A stretch of DNA of 42,581 bases from an uncultured Actinomycetes bacterium (GCA_963824995.1 CAWGRK010000014.1:62001-104581), one strand, 5' to 3'; positions 13,568 through 23,956 are shown, numbered from the stretch's first letter. The notes: a model not told the origin generated them from the letters alone. Program-made: numbers and translations.

Positions 13568-13686
13568 ACCCAGGGTTCGAGCGGTTGCTGTGGCGCGCTT
13601 CGAACCCTGGGTGCAGGGATGGTCACCTCGCTGGCGGTTCTGTGGGCTGGAAGCGTCGTTGTGCGACGCTTCGAACCCGGGGTTCG
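13568..13686. repeat. Cluster of palindromes in the ligase/kynA divergent intergenic region
   Basis: ACCCAGGGTTCGA/TCGAACCCTGGGT (13568-13612), GAAGCGTCG/CGACGCTTC (13650-13672), CGAACC/GGTTCG (13672-13686). CGCTTCGAACCC occurs twice. Confidence 0.7.
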
Positions 13687-13699
13687 TAGTCTTAGGCGG

Positions 13700-14785
13700 G
13701 TGACCGACGGCCCTCTCTACTACGGGGACTACCTGCAGCTAGATGCGGTGTTGGGCGCGCAGCGGATGGAGAGCGGCCGCGACGGGTCGCCGGTGCACGA
13801 CGAGATGCTCTTCATCGTCGTCCATCAGGCGTACGAACTGTGGTTCAAACAGGTCCTGTGGGAACTCGATGAGGTACGTGCCATCTTCTCCCGCGACCGG
13901 GTGGACGAGTCCGACATGGGGCGGGTCGTCGCCCTGTTGCACCGCATCACAGAGATCCAGAAGGTGCTGCTCCAGCAGATCTCGGTGCTGGAGACCATGA
14001 CCCCGCTCGACTTTCTCGAGTTCCGTGACCACCTTTTCCCAGCGTCCGGCTTCCAGAGCGCCCAGTTCCGAATGGTCGAGAACAAGTTGGGGGTGCGGGT
14101 CGGCGACCGGGTCCGATTGGCGGGGGCCGCCTACACGGCCCGATTCGACGAAGACGACCGAGCCGTGGTCGAGCAGACCGAGCACGAGCCGTCGCTGCAC
14201 GACCTGGTCGAGGCCTGGTTGGAGCGCACGCCCTTCCTCGAACTGGGCGGCTTCGATTTCTGGGAGGCATACCGAAAGTCGGTTTTGGGGATGCTCGACC
14301 ACGACCGGGCCGTGGTCGAAGCAAACCCAAACCTGACCGAGGAGGAGCGGACCGAGCAGCTCGCCGGTTTCGAGCAGACATACGCCCACAACGAGGCGGT
14401 CTTCGACGAGGCCAAGCACAAGGCGATGGTGGCCGCCGGGGAGCGGCGCTTCTCCTACCGAGCATTCCAGGCGGCGCTGTTCATCACGCTCTACCGAGAC
14501 GAGCCTGCGCTCCACGACGCCAACCGGGTGCTCACGCAGCTGATGGACATCGACGAGGGTTTCACCACCTGGCGCCACCGTCACGCTCTGATGGCCCTCC
14601 GGATGATCGGCCGCCGGGTTGGCACGGGTGGCTCGGCCGGTTTCGCCTACCTCGCCCGCTCTGCCGAGAAGAGCAGGGTCTTCACCGACCTCTTCAACCT
14701 GGCGACATTCCTCATTCCCCGCTCCGCCCGCCCGCCGCTCCCGCCCGAAGTCGCCGCCACCATGAGGTTTCGCTTCGAGGAGTGA
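13700..14785 (+). CDS. kynA: Tryptophan 2,3-dioxygenase
   Basis: YGDYLQLD, HDEMLFIVVHQAYELWFKQ, PASGFQSAQFR, WRHRH, GTGGSAG. GTG start 7 nt after TAGTCT. Confidence 0.96.
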   Translation: MTDGPLYYGDYLQLDAVLGAQRMESGRDGSPVHDEMLFIVVHQAYELWFKQVLWELDEVRAIFSRDRVDESDMGRVVALLHRITEIQKVLLQQISVLETMTPLDFLEFRDHLFPASGFQSAQFRMVENKLGVRVGDRVRLAGAAYTARFDEDDRAVVEQTEHEPSLHDLVEAWLERTPFLELGGFDFWEAYRKSVLGMLDHDRAVVEANPNLTEEERTEQLAGFEQTYAHNEAVFDEAKHKAMVAAGERRFSYRAFQAALFITLYRDEPALHDANRVLTQLMDIDEGFTTWRHRHALMALRMIGRRVGTGGSAGFAYLARSAEKSRVFTDLFNLATFLIPRSARPPLPPEVAATMRFRFEE

Positions 14786-14812
14786 CTCGATCCACCGGAG
14801 TACGCTCACCTC

Positions 14813-14980
14813 ATGAGACGACGGCGTGATGCCGCCCGCGGCGCCGATGGCTCGTGCCGCTGCTCCTTCTGCGGCAAGGGGCAGGGTCAGGTCAAGCGGC
14901 TTGTGGCCGGCCCTGGCGTGTACATCTGCAGCCAGTGCATCGGCCTCTGCAACAGGATCATCGCCAAGGCGAGCCGCTAG
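14813..14980 (+). CDS. Stand-alone ClpX C4-type zinc-finger microprotein (55 aa; not in the ORF track)
   Basis: [61 protein letters not shown] 6 nt before the ATG. Confidence 0.85.
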   Translation: MRRRRDAARGADGSCRCSFCGKGQGQVKRLVAGPGVYICSQCIGLCNRIIAKASR

Positions 14981-15002
14981 GGCACATCGCCCTGTCACCC
15001 TC

Positions 15003-15575
15003 TCACCGCTCGGCGAGAAACTCCAGCACGCGCTCGGTGAGTTGGGTGGTGGCTTCCTCGTCGTAGGACGGCAGGCTGGAATCGGCGAACAGGTGCTGAT
15101 CCCCCGGGTAGAGGAACAGTTCCGCGTCCGGTGCCGACTCGACGAGCGCTCGGGCGGCGTCGATGTCACCCTCGTCCACGAAGAACGGGTCGGCGTCCAT
15201 GCCGTGGATCTGGACCGGCACGTCTTCTGGCCACTCGCCGAACTCCTCCGCCGGCAGGCAGGCGTGGAAGAACAACGCCCCACGGGCACCGGGCCGGCTT
15301 TGTGCCAGGTTCTGTGCGGGCATGACCCCGAGGGAGAAACCGGCGTAGACCAACCCGTCGCTGAGCCCGTCGGCGGCACGCACCCCGCGTTCCATGACCT
15401 CGCCGAAGCCGACCTTGGAGGCGTATGCGATGCCGTCGTCGAGCGATTCGAACGTGTTCCCGTCGAAGAGGTCGGGGGTGTGGACCACGTGTCCTGCCTG
15501 ACGCAGCTTCTCGGCGAAGTCCTTTACGCCGGTGGTGAGACCCTGGGCGTGGTGGAACAACAGCAATTCAGCCAT
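15003..15575 (-). CDS. Dienelactone hydrolase family protein
   Basis: LLLFHHAQG, VHTPDLF, GFSLG nucleophile elbow, YPGDQHLF. Confidence 0.88.
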   Translation of the reverse strand: MAELLLFHHAQGLTTGVKDFAEKLRQAGHVVHTPDLFDGNTFESLDDGIAYASKVGFGEVMERGVRAADGLSDGLVYAGFSLGVMPAQNLAQSRPGARGALFFHACLPAEEFGEWPEDVPVQIHGMDADPFFVDEGDIDAARALVESAPDAELFLYPGDQHLFADSSLPSYDEEATTQLTERVLEFLAER

Positions 15576-15577
15576 GC

Positions 15578-16946
15578 TCAGACGCCAGCCACTTCGGGGA
15601 TCCGCTCCATCGCCTCGTGGACCTTCTCCTCGGGGTAGTCGAAGTCCCGAAGGCGGCCGTGGAGGAAGTCGTCGTAGGCGGCCATGTCGAAATGACCGTG
15701 GCCGCACAGCGCGGTGAGGATCACCTTCTCCTCACCGGTCTCCCTGGCACGGAGCGCCTCCCGTGCCGCCGATGCGATGGCGTGGGTCGGCTCCGGTGCG
15801 GGGATGATCCCCTCGGCCCGGGCGAACTCCACTCCACGTTCGAAGCACTCCACCTGTCCGATGGCCTCGGCCTCGATCAGCCCCAACTCGTAGATGTGGG
15901 AGAGAAGCGGTGACATCCCGTGGTATCGCAGACCGCCGGCGTGGATGCTCTCGGGGACAAAGTCGTGACCGAGGGTGTGCATCTTGAGCAATGGTGTCAT
16001 CCCGACGGTGTCGCCGAAGTCGTAGCGGTACACGCCCTTGGTGAAGCGTGGGGCACGCCGCCGGTTCGACGCAACGGATGACCGGATCCATCTTCCCGGC
16101 AAGCTTCTCTCGGAGGAAGGGAAAGGAGAGGCCGGCGAAGTTCGAACCGCCACCGGTGCAGCCCACCAGGAGATCCGGGGTCTCGCCCATCGAGTTGAGT
16201 TGGGCAAGTGCCTCCTCGCCGATCACTGTCTGGTGCATCAGCACGTGGTTGAGCACGCTTCCCAATGCGTAGTGCGTCGCCGGGTCGCTCACCGCCGCCT
16301 CCACCGCCTCGGAGATGGCGATCCCGAGGCTGCCGGGGCTGTCGGGGCTCTCCGCCAGGATCTTTCGCCCCGCCTCGGTGAGGTCGGAGGGACTGGGGTG
16401 GACGGTCGCCCCCCAGGTCTCCATCATCACCCGGCGGTATGGCTTCTGGTCGAACGAGGCGCGTACCTGCCACACCTCGCAACCCAACCCGAAGATGCTG
16501 CAGGCGAGGGCGAGCGCGCTGCCCCACTGCCCGGCACCGGTTTCGGTGGTGATCCGCTCGATCCCCTCCTCGGCGTTGTAGTACGCCTGGGGCACCGCGG
16601 TGTTCGGCTTGTGCGACCCTGCCGGGCTCACGCCCTCATACTTGAAATAGATGCGCGCCGGGGTGTCGAGCGCCTTCTCGAGTCGGTGTGCCCGGTAGAG
16701 CGGTGTCGGACGCCACATGGTGTAGACGTCGAGAACCGCACCGGGGATGTCGATGTAGCGGTCCCCGGAGACCTCCTGACCGATGAGGGCCATCGGAAAC
16801 AAGGGAGCGAGGTCGTCGGGACCGACCGGCTGGTGGGTGCCGGGGTGGAGCGGCGGAGGTGGCGGTTGCGGAAGGTCCGGCACCACGTTGTACCAGGTGG
16901 TGGGCATCTCCGACTCGTCGAGGATGTACTTGGTGCGCTCCGCCAC
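15578..16946 (-). CDS. trpB2: TrpB-like PLP enzyme (stand-alone tryptophan synthase beta 2; frameshifted)
   Basis: [64 protein letters not shown]. Confidence 0.93.
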
Positions 16947-16996
16947 GGTCCCGCTCCCTTCAGTCGGTGCAGCGACGGTACCAAGCGTGCCGGTGC

Positions 16997-17572
16997 TCAG
17001 CCTCCCGAAGGGCGAAGTCTCATGATCGGACGGCGGGGAGACCTCCGCTCCACCTCCTCGAATCCCGCGTCACGGAAGGTCGATGCCACCCCGTAGTAGA
17101 GCTCCGTCCCGCCCCGCCGCTGCTCTTCGGTGTCATACGGATACGCCTCGATCAATTGGGCGCCATTGTCGGTGGCGTATTCCACGGCGGCTTCGAGCAA
17201 CGCACGGGTGAGGCCACCGCCACGGGAGCCCGGTTTGACGTAGAAGCAGACGATCGACCAGGCGGGCTCGTCATCGACCGGCTTGGTGACACGGGAGCGC
17301 TCGACTCTTCCGAACTCATCACGCGGCGCAACCGAGACCCACCCCACCGCCTCCCCGTCGGCGATGGCGATCAGACCAGGCACGACGCCCTCGTCGCACA
17401 CCAGCCGGCACATGTCCTCGCGGTTGCCATCGCCCCAGCCTTCGTTGAACTCACGGCTGGTCAGTCTGAAGTACATGCACCAGCAACCGCGCACAGTCCC
17501 GTGTGCCGCAAACAGCGCGTCGAGGAGGTCCCAGTTGTCTGCTGTGACCGGTCTGATGTCGATGTCGCTCAC
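16997..17572 (-). CDS. GNAT family N-acetyltransferase
   Basis: [33 protein letters not shown]. Confidence 0.88.
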   Translation of the reverse strand: MSDIDIRPVTADNWDLLDALFAAHGTVRGCWCMYFRLTSREFNEGWGDGNREDMCRLVCDEGVVPGLIAIADGEAVGWVSVAPRDEFGRVERSRVTKPVDDEPAWSIVCFYVKPGSRGGGLTRALLEAAVEYATDNGAQLIEAYPYDTEEQRRGGTELYYGVASTFRDAGFEEVERRSPRRPIMRLRPSGG

Positions 17573-17974
17573 TCCGGGAACACCGCGGTGCAGACGAGTT
17601 CGACCATGGCGGATGGGTCGAAGAGCGAGCTCACCTCGAAGAGTGAGGTCGCCGGGTAGTGCCGCCCGAGGACCCGGCGGTACACCTCTCCCACCTCACG
17701 CAACGCCTCCCGATACCCGGCGAGGTCGGTGAGGAAGATCTGGAGTGATGCGATGTGCTCTGGAGCACCGCCGGCCGCATCGAGGGCGATGACGATGTTC
17801 TGCGCCGCCTGCTCGAACTGCCCCACGATCCCCTCGTCGATCGAGCCGTCGGCGCGGTGACCGGTCTGCCCGGCGAGGAACACCAACCGTCCCGGGCCGG
17901 TCACCACGGCGTGGGTGTAGCCCGAGGGCTTGGGAAGCGCTGTCCGGATTGAGCATTTGATGCGGCGTGCTCAC
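17569..17974 (-). CDS. RidA/YjgF family protein (frameshift near the N-terminus)
   Basis: PKPSGYTHAVV..VFLAGQ, HYPATSLFEV..VEL. GTGA overlap with the upstream hydratase. Confidence 0.88.
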
Positions 17975-18795
17975 TTGCCTGTCCACTTCGGCTCCCTCTT
18001 GGCGGTGAAGGCGCGGAAGAACTCGGCGTGGTCGTCGCTCGACATGAGAAGGGCTTGGGCGAACGCCTCCAACTCGATGGCGCCGTTGAGGCTCATGTCG
18101 AGTTCCCGGGTCAGTAGGAGCTTGGTGGTGGCGTGGGCCAGTGTCGGTCCTGAAGCCAGTCGGCCTGCCAGCTCGGCGGTCTCGGTGGTGAGGTCCCCGT
18201 CATCGACCACCCGGTTCGCCAGGCCGATTTCGACGGCGGTCGCCGAGTCGACCGGCTCTCCCAACAGGAGCAGTTCCGTGGCCCGACCGAGCCCGATCAA
18301 GCGGGGGAGGAGGTAGGCAGACCCCATGTCCGCCCCGGCGAGGCCAACCCTGGTGAAGAGGAAGTGGAACCTGGCGGATTGGGCCAGGATCCTGATGTCG
18401 GCGGCGAGAGCTATCACGGCCCCGGCGCCGGCGGCCACACCGTTGACCGCAGCTATCACCGGGAGAGGGAGTTCGCGCAACCCCTGTACCACCGACCCGG
18501 TCATCCGGGTGAACTCGAGCAACTCCCGGCGATCGGCCCCCTGCAACTGGCCGATGATGGCGTCGACGTCGCCTCCCGAACAGAAGCCCCGGCCGGTCCC
18601 GGTGATCACCAGGACGGCGACATCACCCCGGTGGGGCAACTCGGCCACCAGGTCACGCAGGTCGGCGTACACCTCGAAGGTGAGGGCGTTGAGCTTCTCG
18701 GGTCGGGCGAAGGTGACCGTGGCCACCCCCCGGTCGATGGCCAGGTCGAAGTTCTCCCACCGCTCGGTGAAGGGCACCGACCCCCGAAAAGGCAT
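17971..18795 (-). CDS. Enoyl-CoA hydratase family protein (type found in abm clusters)
   Basis: RPEKLNALTFEVYADLRD, FCSGGDV, GAGA, RVGLAGADMG. Confidence 0.9.
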   Translation of the reverse strand: MPFRGSVPFTERWENFDLAIDRGVATVTFARPEKLNALTFEVYADLRDLVAELPHRGDVAVLVITGTGRGFCSGGDVDAIIGQLQGADRRELLEFTRMTGSVVQGLRELPLPVIAAVNGVAAGAGAVIALAADIRILAQSARFHFLFTRVGLAGADMGSAYLLPRLIGLGRATELLLLGEPVDSATAVEIGLANRVVDDGDLTTETAELAGRLASGPTLAHATTKLLLTRELDMSLNGAIELEAFAQALLMSSDDHAEFFRAFTAKREPKWTGK

Positions 18796-18835
18796 GCCCC
18801 GGACGATACCGGGAGACAGGCGCCCCGACTCGTGT

Positions 18836-19001
18836 GCGGGGGGACGGAGAAACCGATCGCTCCCCCCTGCGGGCGAGTACCGCATGCCGGGCCTGTCGCC
18901 TGGGGAGGGAGCCTGGTTCACCCCGCAGCGGGTCCCTTCCCCCCGGCGGGGGGACGGAATGAAAGACGGTCCTGCCGTCCGCCGTCTGCCGTCTCCGTCT
19001 A
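18836..19001. repeat. Composite intergenic repeat: GCGGGGGGACGGA twice plus a GCCGTC heptamer array
   Basis: Identical 13-mers at 18836 and 18946. (C/T)GCCGTC units at 18973-18999. Confidence 0.65.
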
Positions 19002-19492
19002 GGAGAGCGGCCAGTAGATCTCGGTTCGGAGGTTCGCCTCGTCGTCGACGGTGCCGGGGTCGTCTACGTACGACTCCCATGGGCCGGGACCGTCCTCACG
19101 TCCCAGGTCGTGGATCCAGGTGTGGAGCCGGTCGTAGGCTTGCGGCAACCCGTCATAACTTCCGCGGTGGACTGTCACCGCGGTATCGCCACCAGGCAGT
19201 TCACCGGCGCCGATCTCACCAGCGGCGACATCTGCCAGCGAAGCCAGATCGGGTATCGGGCCACTCACCGGGAATCCGATCTCGACGTCGACCTCCTGTC
19301 TCCCCGAAATCGTGGTACCGGGCGAAAGGGGGTCCGGCGGGAGGCACACCGGCGCTCTGGATTCGTTGCATGACGGCGGGCAGATGTGTGTCGAAGAGAC
19401 TCGGCGAGAGTGTCGGTCGGTGCGCGCAGACGGACGCACACGGTTGGCACCGGCTCGAGTGTGAGCGTTGTGGTCTCGGGCTGGTCGGTCAT
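18999..19492 (-). CDS. GyrI-like small-molecule-binding domain protein (frameshifted)
   Basis: VEIGFPV, HRGSYDGL..AY, GPWESY..DP..TEIYWP. GGAGGT ribosome-binding site. Confidence 0.82.
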
Positions 19493-19545
19493 CGGTTGAT
19501 CACCTCCGATGGAAGGGGAGGCTGACCATACCGAGTGTCCTCTTG

Positions 19546-19720
19546 TCAGCCGCTCTCGTACGTCTTGATCAGCGCTTTGGGCGCCTGGCATCGCCATGCC
19601 TCGACGAGAAGCTCTCCGAGCTCGTCTACCTCTTCGCACCCAGCCTGACCAGGACCGCCGGGAAGCCGTTGTAGTGCGGTTGGGTGAAGAACATGTCCGG
19701 TGCCGCCGCTAGCAGAAGGA
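19546..19720 (-). pseudogene. C-terminal remnant of an MmcQ/YjbR-family protein
   Basis: PDMFFTQPHYNGFPAVLVRL then DELGELLVEAWRCQAPKAL. There is no room for the N-terminal half. Confidence 0.65.
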
Positions 19721-19722
19721 GC

Positions 19723-21826
19723 TCAGAGGAGGAAGTTGCGGCGGTAGTGCCATGGGTCGAGCAGACAGAGGTCGGCTCGTGCCCGCCGTCACCAGGGTGT
19801 CGACCTGGTCGAATGTGGTGATCGCTCCCCCGACCAGGACTGGGATCTCGGCCTCGTGTTTGATGCGCTCGGCATGGCCGGCGAGGTAGAGGCGGCGGTA
19901 GTCGGGGGCGGCATCGGGGAGGGTGCCGCCCCCGACCACCTCGATCAGGTCGGTGCCGGCTTGCCGGAGTTCCACGGCCGTCTTCACCGCATCGTCCAGT
20001 GAAATACCGGACCGGTGCCAGTCGGTGACTGTGAGGCGCACCGCCATGGGGCGATCGTTGCGCCAGTGGGCGCGCACCGCCTCCACCACTTCGAGAGGAA
20101 ATCGCAGCCTGTTCGACAGGTCGCCGCCATAGCGGTCGGTCCGGGTGTTGGACAGAGGGGAGAGGAACCCACCGAGGAGGTAACCCCCGCCGAGGTCGAT
20201 CGAGACGAGATCGAAACCGCTCTCGGCGGCATGGGCCGCCGCCTCGGCGAACGCCTGACGGATCCGGTTCATCCCCTCCTCGTCGATCTCGGCCGGAACC
20301 CGCCCCTTTCTGGTGAAGGCGAGCGGGGATGCAGCAACCAAGGGCCACCCCTCGTCGCCCAGGGACCGATCGGAGCCACGAGCGCGCGACCTCGTGGCAG
20401 CACGACGTCCAGCATGGGACAGGACGATCCCGGCGAGGGACCCGGCGCGGTGGATGGCGTCGACCGCCGCTCGCCATGCTCCGGCGGAAACATCGTCGAG
20501 CCTCGGCGAGTCTGGGGAGATCCTGCCGTCGGCGCTCACCGCCACCTCAGCCGTCAGGCACAGGCCCGCGCCGGCGCCGGCCAATGCTTCAAGATCGGCC
20601 GGGGCTTGACCTGCGGCGGCGAAGACAATGCGATTCGGCAACCTCACCGATCTCGAGGTGAACGGAACGAGATGGGGAGGGGGCGCGACGACCGAGCCGA
20701 CGTGGCCGGCGGCGAGTGATCCCGTCGCGGCGACGGTGAGCGCCGGGTCGCGCTGCTCCATGGCGCTGTGGGCGACTCTCCCCGACCTGGTCAAGAGGTT
20801 GTAGGTGAACCGCACCGGGTCGAGGTCGAGGTAGCGGGCGACCTCTTCGAAGTAGCGACTGCTCTCCAGAGCGGCCAGTTGGAATCGCTCTACTGCCGGC
20901 ATCCGCTCGGTCTCGTAGTCGGCAAAGGCCGCGGCAAGATCGTCGGGGTGCTCGCTCAGTGCTCTGTGAAGGGAGGCGGCATCCTCCATGGCCAGCTTGG
21001 TCCCCGAGCCGATCGAGAAGTGGGCGGTGTGGGCGGCATCGCCAACCAGCGCGACATTTCCGTGGTGCCAAGTGCGACAGCGGAGGGTGGCGAACTGAAG
21101 CCACTCGGAGCGGTTGGAGAGGAGCCGGTGACCGTCGAGGACCTCGGCGAAGACCTTCTCGCAGAAGGACAGGCTCTCCTCCTCGTCCATCCGGTCGATC
21201 CCGTTGCCTCGCCAGACCTCCTCGGTGCACTCCACGATGAACGTCGAGTTGCCGCTGTCGTACGGATATGCGTGGACCTGCATCAGCCCTGCCGGCGTCT
21301 CCTCGAAGACGAAGGTGAAGGCGTCGAGCGGCAGGGTCGTCCCGTACCACACATACCTGGTGCGGTGGGGTCTGAGTTCGGGCCGGAAGACCTCCCGGTG
21401 CGATGCTCTCTGATCGTGCTGCGGACGCCATCTGCAGCCACCACCACATCTGAGTCGAGGTCGGTCGGATCGACCTCCTCCTCGAAACGAAGCTGCACCG
21501 ACCGACCCTCGCACACCTCCTGCAGCACCTCGAGCAAGGCCCGGCGAGAGATGGCAGAGAACCCGTGCCCGGTCGAGTGGACCGTCTGGCCGTTGACCGC
21601 GAACCTCGATGGCACTCCACCGCACCGCACGCTCGTCTATTACCCGGTGCACCTCCCGGTCGATCTCGGCGAGTTCTCCGAGCGTCCCTTCGGAGAAGAC
21701 CACCCCCCACCCATAGGTAGCACCCCGCGGGTTGCGTTCGCTCAGCACGACTTCGTGACCGCTCTTGGCGGCCAATGCCGCGAAGAAGAGCCCGGCGGGA
21801 CCACCACCGGCAACGCCGATCCTCAC
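19723..21826 (-). CDS. abmA: Bifunctional 2-aminobenzoyl-CoA/salicylyl-CoA monooxygenase-OYE reductase-like protein (frameshifted)
   Basis: GGGPAG, TYGWGVVFS, DAFTFVF, HAYPY..STFIVEC, GDAAHTAHFSIGSGTKLAMEDA, LLTRS, followed by an OYE-type barrel (FLSPLSNTRTDRYGG). Confidence 0.85.
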
Positions 21827-22664
21827 TGCGCAACCACCTCGGACAACCGCTCGAGTTGCTCGAGGTCGGAGACCGTGGGCAACAGCACCAGGTGATCGCA
21901 ACCTGCATCCCGGTAGCCCCGCACCAGATCCGATATGGCGTTCGGCGTTGTCAGGTTGGTGGCGGCGATCCGCTCGGCGAAACCGCCGGTGAAGGCGTAA
22001 TAGTCGCGGAGGTAGTCAGCGCCCTCTTCTTCGTCGCCGAGCGCGTAGTAGGCCTGGCCCCAAAGCTGCGGTGAGCCGGGACGACCGCCCTCGATCCAGG
22101 CGGAACGCGCTCGTTCGGCGGCGGCGGCGAAGGCGCGGGGAGGACCGCCGCCGTGCACATAGCCGTCGCTGGACCGGGCCATGCGCTGCATGGCCGCGCC
22201 GCCGGAACCGCCGACCAGGACGTCGGGGCCACCGGGTTGGGCGGGGATCGGGCCAGAGGTGCCCTCCTCCCAGATGCTGTCTGATCTCGGCGAGTTGGTC
22301 GCTGAGCATCTCGCCGCGCCGGCGTGGGTTCGACACCGCACACCTCGTAGTCGTCGTGGCGGGCGCCGATGGAGAGCCCGAGGGTGAGGCGCCCACCGCT
22401 GAGCACGTCGAGGGTGGCCGCCTGTTGCGCCAACAGCGCCGGTGACCTGAGCGGTCCGATCACCACCATCGTGACAAGCCGAACCTGCTCGGTGACGGCG
22501 GCCGCGGCCGACAGAGCAGCCATGGGCTCGAGGCTCTGGTAGGCGACCCGATCGATCACCCCGAGACTGGAGAACGGCCCGGCGTCGGCGCGGCGGGCCC
22601 ACTCCAATACGAGGTCGCCGTCGGTCCCAGGAGTCGTCGTGGGCAGACCAACACCGATCCGCAC
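21823..22664 (-). CDS. LLM-class flavin/F420-dependent oxidoreductase (frameshifted)
   Basis: RIGVGLP, WARRADAGPFSSLGVIDR, ATLDVLSGGRLTLG. GTGA overlap with abmA. Confidence 0.88.
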
Positions 22665-22671
22665 GCTCAGC

Positions 22672-22700
22672 AGGCTACCGACACTGTTCGTCGGTAGCTT
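22672..22700. promoter_or_regulatory. Back-to-back leaderless -10 boxes
   Basis: TAGCCT (minus, 22672-22677) and TAGCTT (plus, 22695-22700), each 7 nt before a GTG start. Confidence 0.6.
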
Positions 22701-22707
22701 GCCCAGG

Positions 22708-23835
22708 GTGACCGACCAGGTGACCAACGCCGAGAAGCACGGACGAGAACTGCGGGCGGTGGCGCCGCCGGGGTGCCCGGTCGGGTCAACCGCCCCTTGG
22801 TGAAGGCGCTCGGGGACAGCGGTCTGTTCCGCGATCCGTGTTCCCCGAGGATGGCCCGGTGCGCGCCAGGACGCTCTGCGCCCTGCGACAGGGGCTGGCG
22901 CGCAGCTGCACCGAAGCCGAGACGGCGCTCGCACTGCAGGGCCTGGGGACCTATCCAGTCGTGCAGTCCGGGACCGCCGAGCAGATCGCCCGGTGGGTGG
23001 CCCGGTGGCCGAAGGCGAGGCGGTGGCGGCCTTCGCTCTCACCGAGCCCGGTGCCGGCTCCGATGCCGCCGCTCTCGAGTTGGCGGCCGAGCCAGACGGC
23101 GGACGACTACAGGCTCAGCGGAGAGAAGACCTATATCTCCAATGCTCCCGACGCAGACTTCTACACCGTCTTCGCCCGAACCGGGAGCGGCCGCGGCGGC
23201 ATAACGGCATTCATCGTGACCGGTGACGCCCCAGGATTCGGAGGGGCACCGATTGCAATGCTGGCTCCGCACCCCATCGGCCGGGTCTGGTTCGACGGCG
23301 CGCCCGCCGGAGCCGCTCGGCACTCCCGGCGAAGGATTCGCCGTGGCGATACGCACTCTCGACCTCTTCCGCCCCAGCGTCGGGGCATTCGCCGTCGGGA
23401 TGGCGGAGGCGGCGCTTGGCGCTGGCGGTCGAGCATGCCAAGGAACGTCAAGCATTCGGCCGACCCATATCCGAGTTCCAGGCGGTATCGCACCGCATCG
23501 CCGAGATGGCCACACGAACCGAGGCTGCCCGGCTATTGGTTTACGCCGCGGCCGACGCATACGACGACGGTGAGAAGACCGGACTCACCGCCAAGGCAGC
23601 CATGGCGAAACTGGCAGCCACCGAGACCGCCCAGTACGTCGTCGACGGCGCCATCCAGATCCTCGGCGCCAGGGCCCTCGAAGAGGCCCATCCACTGAGC
23701 CATCTCTACCGCGAAGTGCGGGCGCCCTCGCATCTACGAGGGCACCTCAGAGATCCAGAGAAACGTGATCGCGAAGTGGGTTCTGGGTGTCAGGCGGAAC
23801 CAAGACGGGAGACGGAAGGCGGAAGGCGGAAGTAA
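22708..23835 (+). CDS. Acyl-CoA dehydrogenase (frameshifted; 3' end uncertain)
   Basis: ALQGLG, AFALTEPGAGSD, GEKTYISN, RQAFGRPI..FQ, AAMAKL, IYEGTSEIQR. Confidence 0.9.
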
Positions 23836-23956
23836 CAGCCCGAGCCAGGACAGCTACAGGGTGAGGCGAGTACGACTCCTGGGCTGCAATTTAGCTGCCG
23901 TCCGCCGTCCGCCGTCGCCGTCCGCGTCCGCCGTCCGCCGTCTGCCGTCCGCCGTC
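23803..23956. repeat. Inverted heptamer arrays flanking ~60 bp
   Basis: AG(A/G)CGG(A/G) x4 at 23803-23830 and (C/T)GCCGTC x~9 at 23896-23956. Confidence 0.8.

Noticed and set aside
13739..15379. 546-aa minus-strand ORF and similar long antisense ORFs
   Set aside because: Shadow ORFs typical of high-GC DNA, lying opposite well-supported genes.
18810..18960. 6C RNA or riboswitch
   Set aside because: C-runs are present, but no recognisable conserved architecture. It is better explained as a repeat.
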